Source: a virus
Taxonomy: Duplodnaviria; Heunggongvirae; Uroviricota; Caudoviricetes
Length of the DNA: 64,000 bases
IMG/VR virus record: IMGVR_UViG_3300017989_000089
Location: 1 to 64,000 of that record
Strand: one strand, 5' to 3'
Made by a program: the position numbers and the translations under genes. Positions 39,648 through 46,814 of this stretch are shown piece after piece. The stretch's first letter is position 1. Each line of letters begins with the position of its first letter. The notes under the pieces are model-generated. The model saw only the letters and a list, made by a program, of their open reading frames with translations, was not told where the DNA came from and ran no database searches.

Positions 39648-39900
39648 GCTATCATGAACAGAGCGACGAAGAGAATGTACTGCAAGAGTTGCCGTAAGGA
39701 CACTATGTGGTCCCGCGGGATTGCTCTGATCAATAGGTGGCTCGTGAGCGCCGATTTCCTGGGCGACTTCATGGGGACTCTCGAGGAAGCAAAAGCAAAA
39801 GGGATCGACGTGACCGGGCAAACAATGAGCGCAAGCGGACCTCCGTACATAACGAACGCGATGAAGTGCAGCGAGTGTGGGAGGTCGATTACGGATTAGT

Positions 39901-39975
39901 GGGCTGGTAGCTTAATGGGAGAGCGGGTGCTTTGCAAGCATTCAGATGTCGGTTCGACCCCGACCTGGTCCACCA
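39901..39975 (+). tRNA. tRNA-Ala (TGC)
   Basis: G3:U70 pair in the acceptor stem. Anticodon loop ttTGCaa. T-arm gtcgg-ttcgacc-ccgac. CCA. Confidence 0.65.
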
Positions 39976-40342
39976 AACAGACATACCCAGTGGGACATCT
40001 CACGGGGAGGCTTCATACGATACGAATGAGATCGTCACTGTTGCAGTTAGAGCCCAAAGATGTTGTCGGCTCCCCCCGTGCCACTGGGGTGTTCTTGGAA
40101 AGTAGGATGCAGACTTTCGATGAAAGGGGCAAGATGCAAGTTTTCGACAAAAAGGAAGGCAAGTTGATCTCATTGTCTCCCGGCGAGTACGCAGACTTGC
40201 TACAGAGGAAGCACAACGAAGTGAATCAAGGAGGCGGCGTGGAAGCTTGGATGGATTTGATGGGGCTCTTGATTACAGGATTCCCTGCCATCATACAAGC
40301 TCTCAGGCTGACGGACGCCATGACGGAAGTTGATACCAATTA

Positions 40343-40418
40343 GCCCCTGTAGCTTAATTGGAAGAGCGGACGCCTTGTAAGCGACCAGATGCGGGTTCGA
40401 GTCCTGCCGGGGGCTCCA
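40343..40418 (+). tRNA. tRNA-Thr (TGT)
   Basis: Acceptor gcccctg/cgggggc. D-stem gctt/gagc. Anticodon loop ctTGTaa. T-arm gcggg-ttcgagt-cctgc. CCA. Confidence 0.7.
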
Positions 40419-40765
40419 ATGATACGGCATATTAATCGTAGTCATTTGAAACGGAGATGGGGGCGCAAATGGACTAAAAGAGCATGTCCTTGTTGTGGTG
40501 CTGGAGATGATTACAACAGGGAGCGCCAACGAAGGAATCTCAAGGAACGTCTGATCAAGGCAGAGATCAAAGATGGATTGGCCAAAGTGTCCTAAGTGTG
40601 GCACGCCTGGATCTTCAAAAGGATTCCAGGGAGAACTAATTTGGATTCCTACTTGCCAATGTGGCAAAGGACTGTTTCCTGAGAAGCCGATGGTTCGCAT
40701 TTGGGAAACACCTGAGGAGGAAGAAGTGAAGAAGCTCAAACGTAGGAGACGGGAAGAGTAACACC

Positions 40766-40842
40766 GCCTCCATAGTTCAACTGCGCAGAACAACGGGCTT
40801 TTAACCCGTGAGATGTAGGTTCGAATCCTGCTGGGGGCACCA
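40766..40842 (+). tRNA. tRNA-Lys (TTT)
   Basis: Acceptor gcctcca/tgggggc. D-stem gttc/gaac. Anticodon stem acggg/cccgt, loop ctTTTaa. T-arm gtagg-ttcgaat-cctgc. CCA. Confidence 0.8.
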
Positions 40843-40844
40843 GA

Positions 40845-40919
40845 GCCCCCGTAGTCTAATAGGAAAGGCACTGGACTTCTAATCCAGGAGATGTAGGTTC
40901 GAGCCCTACCGGGGGTTCC
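40845..40919 (+). tRNA. tRNA-Arg (TCT)
   Basis: Lies 2 nt after tRNA-Lys. Anticodon stem ctgga/tccag, loop ctTCTaa. T-arm gtagg-ttcgagc-cctac. CCA. Confidence 0.8.
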
Positions 40920-41071
40920 AAGATGGTGGACATAACACCAAATGATCCAGGTTGGATCACACTGATCGAGGACGACGAGCCGATTACCGGCGAATCGCTA
41001 TGCAAGGAATGTGGGAGGCCTATTAAGGATCACTACAACGAACGATCCTGCCCTGAACTGAAAGGGGGAAT

Positions 41072-41566
41072 ATGATCTATCTAGTTTCCTACATAGAGGA
41101 AGTGAAGATCGGTTGGCGTGCGTACGATCGCTGGATGTTCGATATATTGGATACAGGATTCGGCATCGACATTCACTATTACATCCCAATCGATCTACAA
41201 AAAGACGGAGACTGGTTCTGGAGCAAAGGAAGAGGAGGGGAGGACAAAAGGTTCGTTGCAGATCTCCCAATGCTGAAGAGAGTGCTCGGTGATATCAACT
41301 ATGTAAATGTCCAACCTGCAAAAGTGCTGAGGTCACTTGGTAAGGTGGGACAGAACCTAACGAACTTCATCCATCCCGATGAAGACGTTTGTTACATCTT
41401 CGGACCAAATAAAGGGAAGATAGAACTACTGCCGGGTTATAATGTCTACATCACGCTCGAGAAGAGTGCGCTGCATGCTTCATCCGCTGCAGCAATCGTG
41501 CTTTATGACCGAAGAGCAAAGATCGAAACTGGTACTCGTGGTTGGCCCACCGAGAAGCGGGACTAG
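41072..41566 (+). CDS. SPOUT-class RNA 2'-O-methyltransferase (TrmL/TrmH-like)
   Basis: 164 aa. The C-terminal half (YIFGPNKGKIELLPGYNVYITLEKSALHASSAAAIVLYD) matches TrmL motifs (FGPE..G; IPM..SLN.S.A.A..LYE). Confidence 0.45.
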   Translation: MIYLVSYIEEVKIGWRAYDRWMFDILDTGFGIDIHYYIPIDLQKDGDWFWSKGRGGEDKRFVADLPMLKRVLGDINYVNVQPAKVLRSLGKVGQNLTNFIHPDEDVCYIFGPNKGKIELLPGYNVYITLEKSALHASSAAAIVLYDRRAKIETGTRGWPTEKRD

Positions 41567-42107
41567 CGTCACTGCTAGGATCCTTCATGAGAAGATCGGC
41601 ATTTGTTTTGGACATAATCTAGTACCAGGCAATGCTGGCAACCCGAAAGGGTTCTACGAAGATTCACAGATGGTGGCAGCGACCTTGACCAAGAACACGG
41701 CGATCTGGAGAACGATGCTCGAGTATGTTCACAGCAAATGTAACAAACCGAGAGGAGTGAAAACACCTGAGCTAGCTTTCATGGAGATCAGAGAACTACA
41801 ACCGGATCTCATTTTTAGAACATGTAGGTCTCCTATAGCGATCGCAGACAGCTTGGAGCGTTGGTATCAACCGAAACCATCGTGTGCAGATGCACTGTCG
41901 ATGGCAGTAAAATACGAAAAGGCTATCGAGGAAAAACTAACCGGAATCAGTTGTCATGTCCATCGTGTTGACTTCTACCGACAGCGCGACGAGGGAGAGT
42001 TGGAGGAAGAGTTGAGAAAGGCATGTACCTCCGTAATTCAGCGGATAGAAGGCCGGACTCTTAATCCGGAGGTCGTAGGTTCGAATCCTACCGGGGGTAC
42101 CAAATGA
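41505..42107 (+). CDS. PAPS-dependent sulfotransferase-family protein
   Basis: LVLVVGPPRSGTS matches the 5'-PSB P-loop (PKSGTT) and RSPIAIADSLERWY matches the 3'-PB motif (R.P.D...S.Y..W). The ORF begins at 41442; internal ATG 41505 was chosen. It overlaps the SPOUT gene, and its 3' end runs into tRNA-Lys(CTT). Confidence 0.5.
   Translation: MTEEQRSKLVLVVGPPRSGTSVTARILHEKIGICFGHNLVPGNAGNPKGFYEDSQMVAATLTKNTAIWRTMLEYVHSKCNKPRGVKTPELAFMEIRELQPDLIFRTCRSPIAIADSLERWYQPKPSCADALSMAVKYEKAIEEKLTGISCHVHRVDFYRQRDEGELEEELRKACTSVIQRIEGRTLNPEVVGSNPTGGTK
42027..42101 (+). tRNA. tRNA-Lys (CTT)
   Basis: Anticodon stem ccgga/tccgg, loop ctCTTaa. T-arm gtagg-ttcgaat-cctac. Acceptor 3' cgggggt, then A and CCA. 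Confidence 0.7.
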
Positions 42108-42173
42108 TCTACTGCCACATTTGCAAGAAGAACTACAAGGAATGCACGTGTGGTCTCTCAGAAAGGATGAAGG

Positions 42174-42419
42174 ATGCCCGAGAAAGGCAACGTAGAGAAA
42201 AAGAGGACACCAAAGGGGGATATGATAGACGGTCCGGCCCACTACAAGGGGTACGACGTTCTGGAGTTCATAAATCGACATGACCTCGGTTTCGAGCTTG
42301 GTAACGCAGTCAAGTACATTGCTCGAGCACAAGCCAAGGGTAAAGAGATCGAGGACTTGAAAAAAGCGGTATTCTATTTGAATTGGTACATCGAAAGAAA
42401 GGAGAGTGGAGCGGAGTAG
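42174..42419 (+). CDS. hypothetical protein
   Basis: 81-aa ORF between two tRNAs. Confidence 0.35.
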   Translation: MPEKGNVEKKRTPKGDMIDGPAHYKGYDVLEFINRHDLGFELGNAVKYIARAQAKGKEIEDLKKAVFYLNWYIERKESGAE

Positions 42420-42486
42420 TTCAGTTGGCTAGAACGTCCGGCTCTGAACCGGAAGGTCGCTGGTTCGAGCCCAGCCTCCGCTTCCA
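42410..42486 (+). tRNA. tRNA-Gln (CTG)
   Basis: D-stem gttc/gaac with D-loop agttggcta. Anticodon stem tccgg/ccgga, loop ctCTGaa. T-arm gctgg-ttcgagc-ccagc. CCA. Confidence 0.8.
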
Positions 42487-42495
42487 ATTAGGACA

Positions 42496-43482
42496 ATGAG
42501 CGACGAGAGAGTACACAGCTACAGCAGCCCGTACGCAGTTGGGCACAAGATGCTCGCCCGTTACGAAGATCGCCCAGGCATCTTCGAGGTGGAGGTCTTT
42601 GTCGAAGAGAAGATCGATGGAAGCCAGTTCTCCTTTCGTAAAGAAGGAGACGAGGTGAAGTTCCGCTCTCGCAAGACAGATCTCTACCCCGGCAATGCGG
42701 GGATGTTCGAGAAGGGAGTACAATCTGTACTCGAGGTTGCCGATCGCCTCTCCGAAGGTTGGACGTATCGTGGTGAGTATCTCATGAAGCCAAAACACAA
42801 TACACTATGCTACGAGCGTGTACCGAATAGAAACGTCGTGATCTTCGATATCGAGAAGGCACCGAATGACTTCCTGACTCCAGACCAGCGAATGGAGGAA
42901 GCAACACGGCTCGGGTTCGATGTCGTTCCTGTGTACTTCACCGGAATGATCGACGACATGAACCAGCTGAAGCAGTTCCTGACCAAGGTTTCCATACTTG
43001 GTGGACCGATCGAGGGGATCGTAATCAAGCCAAAGAGTCAGATGCTATTCGGTATCGACAAGAAGCTTCTCATGGCTAAGTTCGTTGCCGAAGACTTCAA
43101 GGAGAAGCATGAAGGTGAGTGGAAGAAGTCCAATCCAGGACGGAAGGACATCGTTCAGGAGATCATCGAGACTTACAAAACGCCTCAGAGATGGAACAAA
43201 GCCGTACAGCACCTTCGTGAGGCTGGTAAGCTCGAGGGATCTCCACGGGACATTGGACTTCTCATGAAGGAAGTCCCAAGCGACGTCTACAAGGAATGCG
43301 CCGAAGAGATCAAGGAACAGATCTTCAAGTACTTTTGGAGACAGATCTCTAGAGCATTGACGAGTGGACTACCCGAGTGGTACAAGGAAAAACTTGCGAA
43401 GGACGCGTTCGAGAATCCGGAAGGTTGTCAGCCTCATGAGAGTGTCCAAGCCGAGAACGGGGAAGGAGCAAAGCCAGAATGA
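42496..43482 (+). CDS. ATP-dependent nucleic-acid ligase (Rnl2-like RNA ligase / small DNA ligase)
   Basis: 328 aa. Nucleotidyltransferase motif I is EEKIDGSQ (KxDG), motif IV is EGIVIKP, motif V is LLMAKFVAEDFKEK. Size and context suggest RNA ligase. Confidence 0.65.
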   Translation: MSDERVHSYSSPYAVGHKMLARYEDRPGIFEVEVFVEEKIDGSQFSFRKEGDEVKFRSRKTDLYPGNAGMFEKGVQSVLEVADRLSEGWTYRGEYLMKPKHNTLCYERVPNRNVVIFDIEKAPNDFLTPDQRMEEATRLGFDVVPVYFTGMIDDMNQLKQFLTKVSILGGPIEGIVIKPKSQMLFGIDKKLLMAKFVAEDFKEKHEGEWKKSNPGRKDIVQEIIETYKTPQRWNKAVQHLREAGKLEGSPRDIGLLMKEVPSDVYKECAEEIKEQIFKYFWRQISRALTSGLPEWYKEKLAKDAFENPEGCQPHESVQAENGEGAKPE

Positions 43483-43676
43483 GAGAGCGTTGTCCACGGT
43501 GTGGTATCCCATTTCTGAAGCACGAAGTAATAGTTGGTGAGGAGATGCCTCTTGGAGACGGTACGAAGTGCTATGGGCGTAAAGGGGTAATCTACTACCA
43601 CAAAACAGGCATCCACTGTGGGATCAAAGATGATGGGACAATGTACGAGATAGACTGCAGAGCAAAGCCCGATTAG
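43479..43676 (+). CDS. zinc-ribbon mini-protein
   Basis: 65 aa with CPRCG...C..C-like cysteine pairs. Overlaps the ligase stop. Confidence 0.3.
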   Translation: MRERCPRCGIPFLKHEVIVGEEMPLGDGTKCYGRKGVIYYHKTGIHCGIKDDGTMYEIDCRAKPD

Positions 43677-43740
43677 CTCAATAGGAGAGCCACCGGCCTA
43701 CACCCGGAAGACGGGGGAGCGTTACCTCCATCGGGCACCA
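43667..43740 (+). tRNA. atypical tRNA-like (anticodon TAC?, non-canonical T-loop agcgtta)
   Basis: Perfect acceptor gcccgat/atcgggc and CCA. D-stem gctc/gagc. T-stem ggggg/cctcc, but the loop is agcgtta (not TTC). Anticodon loop cctacac carries C33. Confidence 0.35.
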
Positions 43741-43745
43741 AGTTT

Positions 43746-43855
43746 GGCTGGGGTGAGATTCGTCTGGCACCCTCCATGGCAAGCCAACGCGGGGGCTATC
43801 CTGGACGCAGGGTACGGTGGGTACACGGTAAACAGTCCCACAGCTTACCCCAGCC
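43746..43855 (+). ncRNA. structured RNA-like element closed by a 9-bp stem (unknown)
   Basis: ggctggggt (43746-43754) pairs perfectly with accccagcc (43847-43855). Interior is GC-rich with local hairpins. No canonical tRNA fold. Confidence 0.25.
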
Positions 43856-43913
43856 AAAAAGTATACGATTATCTACCTTAAGTAGGGATAGGGTACATAA
43901 TTGTGGACATTAT

Positions 43914-44012
43914 GGAGGTGTGAGCGGAAATAGGCTATCGCCCCTCGTTGGAAGCGAGGCTCGCCTCGGTCAGCGCCGGGGCGTGTAGGTTCGAGTCCTA
44001 CCACCTCCGCCA
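43914..44012 (+). tRNA. tRNA-Ser (GGA), class II
   Basis: Acceptor ggaggtg/cacctcc. Anticodon stem cctcg/cgagg, loop ttGGAag. Long variable arm with 6-bp stem cctcgg/ccgggg. T-arm gtagg-ttcgagt-cctac. CCA. Confidence 0.55.
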
Positions 44013-44050
44013 TGCACCCTTGAGTGTATGCAAAGAGGTAATACACCCTC

Positions 44051-44377
44051 TTGAGGGTACAAAAGAGGGTAACACAGAAAGTAGGTAATATGACCTGGAA
44101 TTTAGGTGTTGCTAAATGGATCGCCTTATTGACTGTGGTCACCTGCATAAGATGGGTAGATATCACAGGTGATTCTGGTTGGGTATCCAAAGAGGAGATT
44201 ACCGAGGCAGCAGAGATTACCAGCTGTGGGATCCTTGTGAAAGAGGATGACGAATTTCTCTGGCTCGCTATGGACGCATCTGAGGACGAGGAGTTCAATT
44301 CAACCGGTGTCTTCCCAAAGGGGGTCATCCTGAAGAGGATAGATACCGAAGTTGACATGGATCTCGAAAAGGACTAG
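44051..44377 (+). CDS. hypothetical protein
   Basis: 108-aa ORF with a hydrophobic N-region and acidic C-terminus. Confidence 0.3.
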   Translation: MRVQKRVTQKVGNMTWNLGVAKWIALLTVVTCIRWVDITGDSGWVSKEEITEAAEITSCGILVKEDDEFLWLAMDASEDEEFNSTGVFPKGVILKRIDTEVDMDLEKD

Positions 44378-44409
44378 ACGCAGAGAGCCCAACCACGTAT
44401 AATTCGGAC

Positions 44410-44488
44410 GGAACCTTGGTCTAGATAGGACTAGGATGCCCGGCTGTCTACCGGGAGGTCACGGGTTCGAATCCCGTAGGTTCCGCCA
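44410..44488 (+). tRNA. tRNA-Asp (GTC)
   Basis: Acceptor ggaacct/aggttcc. Anticodon stem cccgg/ccggg, loop ctGTCta. T-arm acggg-ttcgaat-cccgt. CCA. Confidence 0.7.
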
Positions 44489-44578
44489 AAATCAATGAGT
44501 TGCCTACTTTGCTTTTTGACGTTCGTAGCGTTTATACTTGTGTCTGCATTGTATGCAAGGAAACGCAAGAAGGGTTGA

Positions 44579-44654
44579 GCGTGTGTGGTGCTAATGGTAA
44601 GTCGCAGGCCTTCCAAGCCTTGAGATGCGGGTTCGAATCCTGTCACACGCTCCA
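44579..44654 (+). tRNA. tRNA-Gly (TCC)
   Basis: Acceptor gcgtgtg/cacacgc. Anticodon stem aggc/gcct, loop ctTCCaa. T-arm gcggg-ttcgaat-cctgt. CCA. Confidence 0.65.
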
Positions 44655-44668
44655 AAAGAGCACAACCT

Positions 44669-45244
44669 ATGCCACAGTATGCCCGACCTATTGAAGACGC
44701 TTTTCTGTATATCCCTCCACCTGAGTATGATGGTGGGCCATTCGGGGACAGCTGGCGCGATAACATCGGAGGCACGTCTGACTTGTTCCAGCGAATTGGG
44801 ACGAACATTCCGAACGACACCGACTACGCTGAATCAGATCTAATACTAGGTCCCCTCTTTCCAGATGCTGACGAAGATGGCGATCCTGGAGAAGCAGCTT
44901 TTACGGAATCCACTGCCTATGTTTGCAAACTGTCCGAAGTGGTTGATCCTGTGATAGACGAAGGCTTCACCATACGTGCAAGGTTGGCGAAGAACGAACC
45001 TGATGGTGTGAATGTCGACTGCCTCATAGAACTGCGGAAGGACTACAATGTAGAGGGTGATGCGCTCGAGAGCGATGGTGACCTTGGTCAGCTTATCGCT
45101 TCCCACATCTTTGAAGGCATCACTTCCGAGTTCATCGAGTACAGCTTTGTCGTTACACCGGAGGAAGCAGCCAGTATAGATAACTACGACGATCTCTATC
45201 TGCGTTTTGTTTTCTCTGCATCCCTCAAGGGAGTGTACGCATGA
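44669..45244 (+). CDS. paralog family member A (unknown function)
   Basis: 191 aa. Shares N-terminal G.TS.L...I, central Y.CKLS.V.DP, DLTVEL-like and C-terminal DLYLRFV motifs with the next two ORFs. Confidence 0.5.
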   Translation: MPQYARPIEDAFLYIPPPEYDGGPFGDSWRDNIGGTSDLFQRIGTNIPNDTDYAESDLILGPLFPDADEDGDPGEAAFTESTAYVCKLSEVVDPVIDEGFTIRARLAKNEPDGVNVDCLIELRKDYNVEGDALESDGDLGQLIASHIFEGITSEFIEYSFVVTPEEAASIDNYDDLYLRFVFSASLKGVYA

Positions 45245-45717
45245 CCCAGATAGCATTACCTGAAGAAGATGCGTACGCCGACGCGACATGGAGTGGCGGC
45301 GGTGACTTGATTGGTGAACCACCAACCTACCCCGACGTTTCATATCCAGACCTCTACACGATGATCAGAGATCAATCTGATGACTTTTGGATGCACACAG
45401 AGCATCTTCCCAGCAATGTTATCTACGTCTGCAAGCTTTCCCAAATTGTGAACCCGGAGGATCTCGCGGGGGACTGGACCGTACGTGTAAGAGCAAAGAA
45501 GGCGAGCACATCTATCACACCACTCGATCTCACCGTTGAGCTATACCAGAACTATGGTACCGGTGCCGGTCCACCACCTACCGGCTTGATTGCATCCGAA
45601 ACATTCTACGATATCCCGAGTACGCTGACTGATCTAGAATTGGTCGTACCTGAGGAGAACAGAGAGTTCGTTCTAGATCCGATGCTTCTCTATGTTCGTA
45701 TCATCGCGGACACATAG
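45241..45717 (+). CDS. paralog family member B (unknown function)
   Basis: 158 aa. IYVCKLSQIVNPED...DLTVELYQ...MLLYVRII. Start overlaps the stop of member A. Confidence 0.5.
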   Translation: MTQIALPEEDAYADATWSGGGDLIGEPPTYPDVSYPDLYTMIRDQSDDFWMHTEHLPSNVIYVCKLSQIVNPEDLAGDWTVRVRAKKASTSITPLDLTVELYQNYGTGAGPPPTGLIASETFYDIPSTLTDLELVVPEENREFVLDPMLLYVRIIADT

Positions 45718-45731
45718 GAGGAATTTGAAAA

Positions 45732-46172
45732 ATGTCTCAGTTTGGAAGACCTAGCACCGATGCACATATCGGTAACTGGGAGGATCAACTTGGTGGCACA
45801 TCTCTCATTTACCAAGCTATTGACGAGGTGTCTCCAAGCGATTCCGACTATGTTACCTCCGAATATGCGCCCGCGAACAGCCCCTACGTAACGAAACTGT
45901 CTGCCGTAACGGATCCGAACGTAACAAGCGGGCACTACATCCGTTTCAGGACAAGGAAAGATCCGGCTACAGGTTCGCAGGTTGATCTCACTGTTGAACT
46001 ACGTGAAGGATACGTTAGCGAAGCCAGCCAAGGAACACTGATCGCGACAACCACAATCGTCAACGTACCAAACGTGTTCACCGAGTACTTCTACCTACTG
46101 TCCGCAATCGAGGCCGGAAACATCACCGACTATTCCGACCTCTTCTTGAGATTCGTTGCCAACCAACCATAA
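45732..46172 (+). CDS. paralog family member C (unknown function)
   Basis: 146 aa. YVTKLSAVTDPN...DLTVELREG...DLFLRFV. Confidence 0.5.
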   Translation: MSQFGRPSTDAHIGNWEDQLGGTSLIYQAIDEVSPSDSDYVTSEYAPANSPYVTKLSAVTDPNVTSGHYIRFRTRKDPATGSQVDLTVELREGYVSEASQGTLIATTTIVNVPNVFTEYFYLLSAIEAGNITDYSDLFLRFVANQP

Positions 46173-46184
46173 GGAGTAAAGGAA

Positions 46185-46496
46185 ATGGCTTTTGGAACCT
46201 ACAAAGAAGACGTGACCGCTGAGGCGATCAAAACTCAGCTTGGGCGCACCGCAAAGGATTTGGCGCGTGCAATAGAGAACGGAAACATGCTAAACGAAGA
46301 GTGGGAGGCCTACAAGCAAGGCAAGACCGACGTCGACATTCAATCTGCTCTTGGTATCTCTTCGGATGAACTCACTGATGTCAAACAGGCGTTTATCTCT
46401 CTCAGGGATCTGTATAGCATTGCGAGCGGTGATGATACAGTCACCATTCCAACAGGAATTGGCACCTATTTTCGCCGCCTAAGGGAGTTCTCGTAA
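46185..46496 (+). CDS. hypothetical protein
   Basis: 103-aa ORF behind RBS AAGGAGTAAAGGAAATGG. Confidence 0.4.
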   Translation: MAFGTYKEDVTAEAIKTQLGRTAKDLARAIENGNMLNEEWEAYKQGKTDVDIQSALGISSDELTDVKQAFISLRDLYSIASGDDTVTIPTGIGTYFRRLREFS

Positions 46497-46801
46497 TGTC
46501 CCTCTACGCCAAACTGGTTGGGACGGATCCAACAAAGCGAGTTGCCGTCCACAACTTCATGGCTGCTATCGCTGAGAGACATCGCGGGATCCTTACGAGA
46601 GATGACATCATCCTGATGTTCAATCTCGAGGTCGCAGATCACTTGGAGCTAGACGAAATCCTGGATAAGTCCGATGCATTGGCTGCAGACAGGCGCTTCG
46701 AGTTCAGCAGAATGATCCACGATATCTTGTTGCTCTCCGAATCCGGGCTTGCGTTCACGACTAGCGAAGACTTCTACAGCAGGATAGAAGCATTCACCTA
46801 G
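46496..46801 (+). CDS. hypothetical protein
   Basis: 101 aa. Start overlaps the previous stop (TAATG). Confidence 0.4.
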   Translation: MSLYAKLVGTDPTKRVAVHNFMAAIAERHRGILTRDDIILMFNLEVADHLELDEILDKSDALAADRRFEFSRMIHDILLLSESGLAFTTSEDFYSRIEAFT

Positions 46802-46814
46802 GAAGGGGCTTCCG

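Noticed and set aside
39915-40343. 142-aa ORF starting inside tRNA-Ala.
   Set aside because: Its 5' third overlaps the tRNA. A shorter protein from internal ATG 40026 is possible, but the Shine-Dalgarno spacing is poor. Left unannotated.
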